The notes beneath the pieces are model-generated. The model saw nothing but the letters and a program-made list of their open reading frames with translations, had not been told where the DNA came from and did not search any database. Below are positions 1-11,673 of a stretch of 64,000 nucleotides of DNA, in pieces. A program made the position numbers and the translations under genes. The stretch is from Picochlorum sp. SENEW3 (lineage: Eukaryota). How positions within the stretch are numbered: the first letter of the stretch is position 1; each line of letters begins with the position of its first letter. The stretch spans positions 1 through 64,000 of the forward strand of contig CP120455.1 in assembly GCA_034226945.1 (NCBI GenBank). Direction: 5' to 3'.

Positions 1-7
1 CTCAGTA

Positions 8-31
8 TACTTCGTTCAGTTACGTATTGCT
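8..31 (+). other. Oxford Nanopore ligation adapter remnant (assembly artefact; marks contig end)
   Basis: TACTTCGTTCAGTTACGTATTGCT matches the 3' end of the ONT ligation adapter top strand. Confidence 0.95.
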
Positions 32-49
32 CCCTATACCCTATACCCT
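32..49 (+). repeat. Possible telomere remnant (CCCTATA)2 CCCT
   Basis: Two perfect CCCTATA units plus CCCT directly after the adapter; one base from plant-type CCCTAAA; very short. Confidence 0.4.
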
Positions 50-109
50 GTGCATACCGTCGTTCCTTGGCAGGAGGGTAATGAGGGTATATATCCACAT
101 ATTGCACCC

Positions 110-1330
110 ACTCCCACCACACAAACAAAAAATAAACACGATTTCTAAATAAAAAATAATAAACTACCCAAAAATAAGAAAATATTCAAAAAATCAAAAA
201 TAAAGCCAAGAAAAAACACCACCAACAAGACCAAAATACCCTAACCAAAAAAACACACCAACCAAAAAAACATCCAAAAACACCACCAAAAGAACCAGAA
301 TATACAATACAATATCAAGAAGAATAATAAGTAGTATAATAACCACCTATACTATATATACAACAACAACAACAACAACAACAAAAGACACGGCATACCA
401 CAAGCTCTGCTACTACTACTGCTCCTCCTCCTCCTACTATTACTACTACAACAACAAGAGAAGACAACAACAACAACAGCAACCAACACAAAAGAAGCAA
501 AGCAAAACCAAAATCAAAAGATACAAATCTCAGAATAATCATAATGACACAACAACAATCTATACTATACTATGCTGTGCATGAATGAAAAGAATCTCTG
601 TCCTTTTTCACAACAACAACAGAAGGACACAATATTAAGTAAGTAAGTAAGTAAGAAGAATACCAATAATAATAATAATAATAATACACACCTATCATTA
701 AAAAAAAACTCCCACAACCAGTGGTGCAAAACACCAAACAGGTCTGGTGGTACTCTGTCTGAAGAAGAGGGAGCATCTCGGAACAACAAGAATGGCGATC
801 TTCCCATCACCCCTTGATTTGACTGGGACCACCAAAAATATACCAACCAAGCCAATACACAAAATAAAAAGGGTGTTGTATAGTATAGTTTTAAAAAAAG
901 CACTCATCAAAGTGTCGCACACCACGTGAAACAACAACTCCTCCTCCTCGGACACCACACACCACAAGATCTGCTACTGCTACTGCTGCTCCAACACGGG
1001 ACAACACACCAACAAAGAAGCAAACCAATCAAAAGAGAAGAAAGTAAATATCTCATAATAGTCGTCGTCGTAATAATGATAATAACATGCACAACAACAA
1101 TCGACACGAGCAATAATACCACCCAATAATAACAGAACAGAACAAAGCACACAAGTCTATCCTGCACACAAGCAGAACCAGGAGCTACCCTACACAGACA
1201 ACATATGAGATAGAAAAGAGAGGTATCATAGTAGTAGTAGCATTTATAAAAAGAATAAAGAGAAGACATGAAACAAGAAAATGAATGAAAAAGATCGTCT
1301 CCTTCACAACAACAACAACCAAGAACCAGG
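110..1330. repeat. A/C-rich low-complexity tract with CAA, CTA, CCT, TAA and TAAG microsatellites (subtelomere-like, probably low coverage)
   Basis: Extreme strand bias and runs such as (CAA)7 near 360, (AAT)n near 665, (TAAG)n near 636; ORFs here are homopolymeric and not credible. Confidence 0.8.
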
Positions 1331-2760
1331 CTGTGGCAAGCTCACTAGAGTGACATTGCACCATTGCTGGAGCAACTAGTATATCAGTATCATCACCATG
1401 CATGGCATGCTTCCTTCAGTTGATTTCATGTGTTGCTGTAATTAGGGTAGCATATAAATGCGACGCTTCGTTGAAAAAATGGGAAGATCTGGTCGTGTTT
1501 CATAGCAAAGAAAGACTGCTTTCACAGCACAGCTCTCCTCCTCCTCCTCCTGACTGCTGTGTGCTCCACATATCCAGGCGCTCCCATCAGAAGGGGTCTT
1601 CCATCGGAGTAGGAGGAAAAACAACAACGAAAAAAGAAACTACCATCATATCTCCGGTCAAATTTCCCTTGTGATGGAAGATGAGAAAAGCACGCTGAGT
1701 GTGGCCGAACGGGTGCCTTAGAGCCGGCTCTAATACCATGGTCGCGCTTTTTTATTGTCTTCATTTACGGACGGACACTCCCGAGAGGAAGAAGGCCGGC
1801 GTCATCAATGTCCCTGCTGTATAAATGGACCATTTGGCACCTTTCATAGTTTCTTTGGATACATTCAACACTTGGTGGTAACACTGCAGATGTGAAACAG
1901 AAAACGCACTCAGCCACTTTCTTGCACACAACGCCTCATGTGGCCTCGGTGATCCCACACCCTTGCCACTCACCGGCAGTGCATAGCAGTATTGGTTGTT
2001 GGTATTGGATGATTGGACAAACACAACAATAATAAAAGGCTATTTCAGTCGGTGCCGAGTCGAATGGATTTCACGAACCGAATGGTCGTCGTTTCCGATC
2101 GCGTCGCGACGGTTGGGACGAAGACGCCGAGAATCGTTCCTTTGTGGGCATATGGGAGCGTCATTCTTGCTTTAAAATTATATATCAGTCGATAGAGCCG
2201 ACGACTGACCACCACGGAGCACAACAGGGTTACAACAACAACCGTTCCACGGGAATGTCATGTCAACAACACTCGCAACGGTGCCAACAGGCCACGACCT
2301 CCTTCTCCCAGGTTTTCCACCCTCTAGTATCTTATATTGATATATCTTTCTCCCTCCATACATCAAAGTCACACGCGTTGCTTTGCCCTGAGATTGTTGC
2401 GAATTCTGTTGTGAACATTGGTGGTGAATGCGACGCGAAATACTCCTGACGCTGGTGAGCGGAGACGCTTTACACTGCTAGTTCCTTCTCATCAAGTCGA
2501 TATGAAATGCCTAAAGTCGGGAGACCACGGGTGAGAGCTTTCAACCTTCGAGTCTGAGGCAACTGCTTGTGCTTTGATTCCTGGCCCATTGCAAAAACAT
2601 GCGGTGGCCAAGGTGGGTCCTCGCCATGTAAATGCGCCATCTGGCTCCTTGCATAGGTTTTTCGGATACATGCAAGGCTTAGTAGCACCACGGACGCTAC
2701 GATATAGTGCTCACGTGCCCACAATCGTATCCCAAGCGTTGGGAAGTGACTCCCAAACAC

Positions 2761-3056
2761 ACCCCTTGCTATCTGGTCGGTCGCCTCGAGTATGGCAAAT
2801 CCGGGAGAGCGCATTTGAGATATTATATATACAAGCCTGCTGAATGCGACAGACCCAGAGGAAGATGTCTCACGCGACCAGAAAAGTGACCCCAAGGGCG
2901 TTGCACTGGTCTTCTCAACCACCCCTCGCTATCTGGTCGGTCGTCGCGAGTATGGCAAATCTGGGAGAGGGCATTTGAGATATTATATATACAAGCCTGC
3001 TGAATGCGACAGACCCAGCAAAACGCCTCTCACGCGACCAGGAGAGTGACCCCAAG
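2761..3056 (+). repeat. Two diverged direct repeats of ~136 bp at 160 bp period
   Basis: ACCCCTYGCTATCTGGTCGGTCG...GCATTTGAGATATTATATATACAAGCCTGCTGAATGCGACAGACCCAG...GTGACCCCAAG at 2761-2896 and 2921-3056. Confidence 0.9.
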
Positions 3057-5384
3057 CCAAAAGTTTGAGGTTCTGAACACCCCTTTACTGCTGTTGCTGC
3101 TCTAGAGGGAGAAACAACGAAACAACGAAGAGAGTAGTAGTAATAGCAATAGCACACAATGTGTGCTCACCCACCATCCACAGACTCAACCAACAAAACA
3201 GCAAAACAGCTCCATACATATCTCCACATACACACACACACTGATTCGTGGATTCAGAAAACACAAGAATAACACGAATGATGAAAAAATATGTTCTAAT
3301 CGATCTATTCTATCGTATGGTAAGTAGGACAACGTGTGAATATAAGGATGGATGTGGACACACACACTTATGCTGCACAGGGATCTGTTGGGAATCATGC
3401 AACACCCCCTGCTGTCCTGACACGCGACTGCTTTTTGAGCAGTGTTTCTAGTAGTATGTCGTATCCTTGTACATCAACAATACAAGAACAAAAGATATAT
3501 AACAGAATCAATCTGGTTTGGATGGAAATGATAAGTGTTGTCTGTCCACCACACACTATTAGGGAATCTGGCCACCACAGGAGCTGCTCTGACCTGGATG
3601 AATGAATGTAGGATCTACAACTACTACAGAAGAAAAAAAAGAAAGGCTTCTCTGCTACACAACGATCAACATTCAAAAGTAAAACATCGAGAACAAAGAA
3701 AATTTATTATCATGCGTTTGTATACCAGTCAACAACATTGAACGGAATGTAATAGAACAACAATACAAAAAGAGCCTGTGACAAGAAAGGAGGTGAGCTC
3801 ACCCTCAATAGGTTGGTTGTTGAATGGGGCTCTACTAGTATTTGACACCTTGTCGAATAGTCGAAATTCAAAAGGCTGCCAAGCAACAAGAACAAGAAAA
3901 GGAGTTGAGAAGATTGGAAGAGCAGGCACAGCCTCAAACCGAGGCAAGAAAAAAAAGAATAAGAAGCCACGAGCCAGGCTCGCAGGACAAATCGATCCAT
4001 CTGTTCGAAAAAGAAAAGAAAAATTAAGAGCGGAAAGCACACAGGGAAAGTGCAACGTTCGACGACAAACAAAGGGGTAGTTTCACCACAAGAGGCCCAG
4101 AGGTGCATCCCACAACCACCCGCTGGCTTGGTTTTCTTTCGTCTGTCGTTTCCTTGACTTGATTCGATACTATTTTTAAATGTTGGATTGACACGTGTAA
4201 TGTACAATCAATACTGCGCAGAGAAATGGTGGGACTCAGGGTCGGTCCACATGAGAGTCCACATGAGAATGGATGGATGTCCACATGCTACACAACACAA
4301 TGGTCCATCTGCCCCTCAGATGGACCGTCCATCCATAGCCTTAGAATGTATGCGTACATTGCCAAACCACCACGATGACACACGATGATTGCATACATAC
4401 CACTAGCAGTGGTACTTACTTACTACTAAAGGTGGTAGAAAAGACCTTGGCCATATCAACCCGACCTAGAGCCATGGGCCATGACACCTCAGTGACCGAG
4501 GTAGTGCAACGAGTAGAAAAAAGTCAGAGCACCATATTTGGCATTAAATATGACCCTCATGATGTATGTAGTGAAATGATACAGGGGTATTCCCGTTTGT
4601 CAATGCGTTGAATGTCCTGTCAACAAGAATTCCGTTCGCGTCACGGCTGTTGAGACAAGGAGGCCTGCAGGTGCCACGAAGGGCCCCGATTGGTATTTGG
4701 ATATATCCAGAATGAGCCAAATCTACCACCACCGTAATATGACCACCACGTCCAGAGAGTGAGAAAGAGAGAGAAAGGGGTCCCCAACAGGTTCACGGGA
4801 ATGCCATTGACAGGTCTGAAGAGCCATATAGACCACGTTCTCCTCCGGGCGGGTTTCTGTACGAATCGATCGTTGATTGTTATTTCACAATATCGCTGAA
4901 TCAAATTAAGGAGACGACAGATTACTCCAAAGCTCAAGGAAGCGAATGGTTGTGAGTGTGTTGGCACGAATGCCAACAACTAATGCCACGCTTGCGTGTT
5001 GAGAGGAGTATCTGTATCTGTGGTTGGCTTGCAAAATTGTGGACACATAAACCATGTAACAGGTTAATGGTGGTGTTTATTACTCTTCAAGAGGAGGAGG
5101 AGTACTTGATGGGAGCGGAGTAGAGGAGAGTCTGTGTGTTGGTCTCACTGACAGTGTCCGGTCCTGGCATCCATTCGACCGGAGACATCACGCCTGGCAC
5201 GCTCGTCGTCTCCGTCCGTAAAAAGACACAATAAAAAAAGGCGACCACGCGACAAAAGTGGACAGTTCTGACACCAGCGTGGAGATTTTTGGCACCATCA
5301 CGGATAGCACAATGGTTCGGTCCGTCGACCCGTTGGATGGTAGTAGAATAAGTCACTTTGACTCAACTCTACTCTTTTCTCTCC

Positions 5385-5559
5385 GTAAATGGGAACAATA
5401 AAAAAGAGCGACGGTGGTCCAGGGTTCGAGCCCAATTTTTTGGTCACAATTTTTTATTGTGTTCAATTACAACAAAAACACTGGGGTGAAATCGTTAAAA
5501 TTGTCGTTAAAGTTGTCGTTAAAATTGAAAGGTCACGATTTTTTATTGTGTTCAATTAC
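5385..5559. repeat. Cluster of 28-bp motifs (inverted pair plus direct copy) with internal 12-bp tandem repeats
   Basis: 5385-5412 vs reverse complement of 5443-5470: 21/28 identical; 5532-5559 is 27/28 identical to 5443-5470; about three copies of TCGTTAAARTTG lie between them. Confidence 0.8.
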
Positions 5560-6369
5560 AGCAGAAAAACACTTGGGTACTTGGGAATGTGTATTTATCA
5601 GTCTGGTGTACAATTGTTGAATATGGGTTATTATACTTGCAAAAACGTCCTGCCGACACCGCAACGAATGCAAGTCCCCATTCAAAACACAGCTGGTCGT
5701 CGTCAATTCCGTTCGCGTCACATTGGTTGGGACGAGGAGGAGGGGCCTGCAGAGCTGTCACCCATGCGCAGGAAGGGCCATTAATTTGATTCATAGATTC
5801 ATAATAAGTCCAATAACACGACCCACGTATGGCCACATTCACAGAGAAGGGTCCCGCACCGTTTCACGGCAATGCCTTGGCAATTACAGTGGACAGAGCC
5901 ACGACGTCCAGGACCTCTCTTTCTCCTGATGCGTTTCTGCACGAATCGTTAATTGCCATTCCAATCAATACTGTTGAATCAAATCAATGAGACGGCAGAA
6001 GAATAAAACCAAGCTCAAGCAGGCGGGTGGCAGTGAGTGTGTTGCGCCAAGAGGAGCACGCTAGCTTGTTCAACCCTGTGGCTCTATCACTAAACTGTGT
6101 CCGCTCCTGTCATCCATTCGACCAGAGACACAATTTCAACAAAACGCTCGTCGTGATATTAGTCCGTAAAAAGATACAATAAAAAAGATGCCCGCACAAT
6201 TGCATCCAATACAATTGTCATGCAATTCTGTTGTCCATTCCGAGAAACTTCCCGAGATGCTACGTCTTTTCTCCCCAAATCACGGGTGAACGATTAGTCA
6301 TCCTTGCATTTCGGATTCGATTCAGTCTTGTTCAGACACTACAAAACATAATTCATCGACGAGACCGAA

Positions 6370-6822
6370 ATGATGATCAAAACCTGTCTCATTCTCTTGA
6401 TGTGCACATTGGCATCAACGCACGCCTCTGTGGCGCCTGCTTGTTCAGGTTCCAGATGTTATCTGTGCTCCAATGGAAACTCTGTCGCGATATTGAATGG
6501 TAACGCGTGTTCTTGTGCGGATGGGACACGATGCGAACTCGTGTCTGGCTCTAGTGAGGGTGCTGCAGTGGTGCCACCAGTGATACTACCAAATAATCTT
6601 CCCGGGGGCGCCAAGCCTACTGGTGCTTCCTCCAGCTCCGGTGCAGAGTGTAGGCAAAGTGCTCCAGGAGAGGGTGGAAGCCGCTGCGGATATCTCCCAG
6701 ACGGCAGGTATCTTGACCTCATTGGGTACTGTGAAGATGAATGCGGTTCGGGTGATTTTGCATGCTGTGAACAGGATGATAAGGGCGAATGGATCCCTAA
6801 CTGCAATGACTGTAAAGCGTAG
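6370..6822 (+). CDS. Small secreted cysteine-rich protein, 150 aa (copy 1)
   Basis: Signal-peptide-like N-terminus (MMIKTCLILLMCTLASTHA), two Cys-rich blocks separated by a Pro/Ser/Gly linker; no family recognised. Confidence 0.75.
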   Translation: MMIKTCLILLMCTLASTHASVAPACSGSRCYLCSNGNSVAILNGNACSCADGTRCELVSGSSEGAAVVPPVILPNNLPGGAKPTGASSSSGAECRQSAPGEGGSRCGYLPDGRYLDLIGYCEDECGSGDFACCEQDDKGEWIPNCNDCKA

Positions 6823-6958
6823 CTTTGGGGGAATGGTGCACCAATGTGATGCAATGCAAATATGATCAGTAACATGGTGCATTCTATAATGGTAGCGGCT
6901 TTTCACCATATTGGTTACGTTCTATTGTATAAAATACAATACATATTATAAATATGTT

Positions 6959-8487
6959 CTATGCAAACCGAAAAGAATATCTCTGCTGTTGAACCGACGA
7001 CGCAGTTTTCGTGATTGGACTGGATGTCTTGTCTTGATCCGATGGCCCAGCCGTGAAGGAAAAGCCAGAATGCACCGATGACCCATTGGAATGGGCAGAT
7101 CCGATGGACAAGCCCCTGACATGAAGGGCCTGTCCATATAACGGCGTCCTCTGTCGCGTGTGCTTGGGCGATATCCTCCTAGAAACCAGCTCCCCGTCAT
7201 TGTCGTGAGAGAGTGCTGCGCGATGAAAGTCGACTACCACGTGATCATCACCAGCTTGCCGTGGCACTTCTCCAGGCCGTAGAAGCACGTCTTGAGCTGG
7301 TGTGTATTCGCTGTCCGTGCTTTCCAACTTTTTGTTTGTGGGCGTATCCGTATGGCTCAGTGCATCTTTCCCTCCCACTGATGTTGCCGAATCGGGCGTC
7401 CCATAGTCTAGATGACCATCATCTTGCGGGTGCGACAACGTGAGCATGGCCAGCCGCCTCTCATATAATGGCCTAATTACCCATGCAAAACATATTGCTA
7501 CGATTGATCCAGCTACTGTAGAGAAGAATCCCAGCCAGAGACCTTGATTGACCCATCCGAATGGACTGAAAGGCACGCTGGCTGCAAGACAGCCAGCTCC
7601 TCCCACCAACAGGGCCGTGGCACACGTGGCATACCATACCAGTTTCCTCCTCAATATAATATTTGTCACAATGTTTTTTAACTTCCAGACCAATCGCCAC
7701 ATCTGAAACACGTACAGTGCACAAAATATGCAGTGGACAATGGCAGATGCAGCTGGGAACACGCACGCTGTGCATGGTTCCAAACCGCACTGGGATGGCG
7801 ATCCAATCCGATACGTCCCTATGAAATATCCCAATACCGATGTAGGGGAGTCTTCCACTGGTTTGCCATCATATGACACTGCCAGGCTGATCCATGCGGC
7901 AACAGATTGCAACCCTATGACCACCGCCAACTGACCTGAAGCAATGGCAACCGCAGCTTTGGATCTCCAAGAGGGCCTTTTCTCATCTTCCAAATTCGTT
8001 CCAATTACTTTCATCGCGGACGCAAAGGTGTGTTGCCTGTATTCGTGTCGGCACAGTGCTCTGAACAAGAACATCATTACCATGGTCTGACAAAGAGGAA
8101 ATAGCAATCCAAGGCACACTGTCAGATACACTCGGCACATCCAACCCTGCGATGTCCATGACGTCACCGTCGATGGGGCTACTACAGAGTACGGTCCCCA
8201 GATGACGTTCAACCTCAATATCTGCACAGCAGCGAGCAAAGCACATACAACGGCTAAATACCATCTGCCCCGAGCTGACCGGCGCGTTCCGTTGGCACAC
8301 GAGAAAGACAGGCTAAACGGGACTCCATACCATCTGCCCCGAGCTGACCGGCGCGTTCCGTTGGCACACGAGAAAGACAGGCTAAACGGGACGAGGGTGT
8401 ATACGAGAACACCCGTGCACAAAGCCACCAAAAGGCCCGAGAGAACCCACACGTAGTATTCGGGTGCCCGAAGCTGTTCACTTCCAT
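6959..8487 (-). CDS. Seven-TM, GPCR-like membrane protein with Ser-rich C-terminal tail (copy 1); start uncertain
   Basis: Seven hydrophobic segments by eye, Cys at the top of TM3 (WMCRVY) and Cys-rich loop before TM5. The likely ATG (MEVNSFRAPEYY) is in frame only in copy 2, implying a 1-nt error at an AGCT here. Confidence 0.75.
8258..8392. repeat. In-frame 69-bp-period tandem duplication inside the 7TM gene (present in all four copies)
   Basis: 66 bp identical at 8258-8323 and 8327-8392; encodes VPFSLSFSCANGTRRSARGRWY twice. Confidence 0.95.
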
Positions 8488-8997
8488 CCCCCCTCAATCA
8501 GGCTCCCATGCTCCCAACCGACCAACACCTCTGAACAAATGCACGGTATACACCTCCCTAGAATTCGATCTAGCCTCTTGGCAACCCGACAACAACGCTA
8601 CGAGTCACTGCCCTCTTTGAACAAGGCTGCAACTCTCATGCCCTGTTCCAACTCTTCCACAACCGCATGAACATGAATGGCATGATCCAATTCTTCTGGG
8701 CATCCTCGTGTGTCTTCTGCATCCTCATTCGCGAGATGCTCTTCGTGTCTTCACCCTACACATCGTATTTCTGGGATGTGACGACAGAAGACCAAAACAA
8801 ACGCTATTATTTCCAGTCCGGTCAAAAGAGTGCTGCAACCGGGGAAACGGATTTGTGAAATAAGAAGGGAGAGGACCACAAATGCTCACAAGGTCACGTG
8901 CGGCATGACTCGGAGGAAAGAGATACATGTATTAAAATTTTGCTGACGCATTGTCGATATCGACTGAATAGGGACGAAGTTGAACGACGTGCACAGT

Positions 8998-10941
8998 ATG
9001 AGTGGGATGCTCGAGAACGGCTTTGGAGGCCACAATGGAGAGTCTCTGAAGCAAAGTCCCAAATCAGATATGTTTTCTACAGAAAGCGACGCGTCGATGT
9101 TGCATAAGACGAGTAAAAAGCATCTGAAGGCATCCCTGAGCAAGGCGTTCCTGTCAAAAGGAATGCCCGTAACCTTCAAGGACGTGGTGTATACGGTAGT
9201 CAACAGTCAGAACAAGAAGGAAAAAATCAATCTTCTGAAAGGCGTCAGCGGATATTTCGAGGTGGGACAGATGGCTGCTCTCATGGGTCCCTCAGGCTCG
9301 GGAAGTCTACCCTACTTGACGTTCTGGCCGGCAGGAAGACGGTGGGAAAGATTAGCGGTGATATCAAATTTGGAGGGGAGAAGCCTTCGCGCAACTTCCT
9401 CCGTCGTTACACGGGCTATGTGGAACAGACTGACACACTGCTACCAATCCTGACGGTGGAAGAGATGTTGTTGTACACGGCAGATCTCAAGAAGCCGATC
9501 TCCGAGTCGAAGAAGAGCAAGATGGATGCAGTGGAGGAGCTCCTCGGTGTGTTGGCGCTGGATTCCTGCAGAGACGTGTTGATTGGGAGTGAGCTGGCTC
9601 GAGGCATCTCTGGTGGTCAGGCCAAGAGGGTCAACATCGGTATAGCTTTGATCACAAATCCGAGGGTGTTGTTCTTGGATGAGCCCACGTCTGGGCTGGA
9701 TTCGTTTACGGCGAATGAAGTCATGTCGGTGGTCAAGTCTTTGGCATTGATGGGCATCACCGTGTGTGCCACCATTCACTCGCCAACACCATATGCATTC
9801 AGTCTCTTTGATCGCCTGCTTTTGCTCCTCCGCGGAGGCACCGCGTATTTCGGAATTAATGGCTCTGTGGCTCTGGAGTATTTCCATAGCGTATCTCCTA
9901 CGGATATCACGGGCTTGCGAGAGGGGGAGAACGAGGCTGAATGGATTGTGGACATCACCACTCTGGCAGACAGACAAGGGCGACAGGATGACTTTGTGAG
10001 GGCCTTCGCCAAGAGCGAGATCAAACTTCAAGGAGACAAAGAAATAGATCATATGCTGCAGAAAACGTCTACATTGGACGAGCAGACGAAGAAAGACCTT
10101 GCAGTCAAGCGTGACACGGTCACCCCCACCTGGTGGGCGCTGAAGACCCTATTCAAGTACAGGACCTCTAAGAATTATCGGTCTCCAGAGTTCCTTGGGC
10201 CTCGCGTGATGGATAAATTGATCTTCTCAATCATCATCTTCACACTCTATTGGGCAATTGGGAACAAGTTGACGCCAGACAACTACATCAATATTGCTGC
10301 CGTCCTCTTTATGTGGTGTACATTGCCTGCCTTTGGTGCGGCATCCTATGTGCCAGCTATCGTCTTGGAACGTCCTTTGTTCGTAAGGGAAAGAAGCGAC
10401 GGCCTGTATAAGGTAGTGACGTACCTGTCGTACAAAATCTGTGAAGAGCTGGTGTTGCCCTGCTGAGCAGTCTGATCTTTTCAATGTCGTGTTCTGGCCG
10501 ATTAAGTTCCAGGGTCAATGGGTGCTATTTTGGCTTGTGTACTATGCGACACTGGGGTGTGGCATTGTCGTGGCTTATTTCGTAGCTGCTCTCTCGCCCA
10601 ACATGGACGTAGCCAATGCAGCACTGCCTTCCTATGTGGTCACCCTGCTTTTCTTTTCAGGTTTCTTGCTGAGATGGTCGGACATTCCAAAATGGTGGCA
10701 ATGGTATGGATACATTAATTTTCTGCGGTATGCCTGGGGCTCACTGATGGTGAATCAATTTGGTGGCTTTGATTCATTGCCGCCTTTTGTGAGCGACCCA
10801 GAGCCCATATCCATCCTTGATTATTACTCTCTTGGAGGTGTGTCCAAGTGGGCTTGGTTTGGCATTGAGCTCGCCTTCTTCGTAGTTTTCTTCTTCTTTG
10901 CATTCCTTGCCTTGACCTATGTCAGACACGTGAGGCGTTGA
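8998..10941 (+). CDS. ABCG (White/WBC) half-transporter (copy 1; apparent 1-nt frameshifts)
   Basis: Walker A GPSGSGKS, signature ISGGQAKR, Walker B VLFLDEPTSGLD, H-loop TIHSP, C-terminal ABC2 membrane domain; frameshifts differ between copies. Confidence 0.9.
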
Positions 10942-11047
10942 ATGCATTTCTTTTGGGATTTGATTCATTCATTCATTGATTTGATAACTGTACTAAATAC
11001 TACTACCAATATTCTTACATGTAATGTATAAAATATCACGACATGAT

Positions 11048-11673
11048 TTAATTATATGAACCATGGAGGAATGGGTCTAAAGGCTTTCCTAAAGAGTAGA
11101 CGACAAATCCAATGTCCCTCAACTTGTCATGATCCAAAATATTCCTTCCATCAAAAATGAAAGCTGGCTTCACCATAGAGTCGTAGATCTTTTGGTAGTC
11201 GTATTCCTTGAACTCGTCCCATTCTGTCAACACACAAATTGCATGAGCTCCAGAGACAGCATCCATTGGATCCTTTGCAATGGTGATGTTCTCCACACCT
11301 GTGGGAGCAGCATGGGCCACCGGGTGGTCCCACTCAAATTTGGGAGTGGTCAGATCTCGTCTGACCTGCTTTTCTTCCACCTTGGGATCATATATGTACA
11401 AATCAGCCCCGTCAGCCATCAGCCCTTTGCACACATCGATGGCTGGCGTCTCACGGGTGTCTCCAGTGTCCTTCTTGAAAGCAAAGCCATAAATGGCAAT
11501 TTTCTTCTTCTTAATCGTGTTAAACATAGCAGAAATGACACGTTCGACAAACCTCTGCTTCTGATAGTCGTTCATGGTGACCACAGAGTGCCAGTATTTG
11601 GCAACGTCGGACAGCCCGACACTCTCACAAATGTACACCAGGTTCAGAATGTCCTTCTGGAAGCAAGATCCGC
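11048..11673 (-). pseudogene. 5'-truncated UDP-glucose 6-dehydrogenase fragment (copy 1)
   Basis: Identical to the 3' third of the full gene at 28847-30580; begins at the repeat junction at GSCFQKD; an in-frame TGA lies just across the junction. Confidence 0.9.

Noticed and set aside
315..1403. ORFs with poly-Leu/Val/Cys/Tyr runs
   Set aside because: Translations of microsatellites in a low-complexity, probably low-accuracy contig end.
3530..4030. Possible hAT transposase C-terminal remnant (LSVH...ATTGAA..W) and a coiled-coil-like short ORF
   Set aside because: Only a few residues resemble the dimerisation motif; no catalytic core, no continuous frame, no target-site duplication.
5413..5441. 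B-box-like GGTTCGAGCCC followed by a T-run, suggesting a tRNA or SINE
   Set aside because: No cloverleaf, T-arm stem does not pair beyond 2 bp, and no properly spaced A-box.
2761..5559. CRISPR-like array in the repeated motifs
   Set aside because: Copies are few, irregularly spaced, in mixed orientation, with no cas genes and a eukaryotic context.
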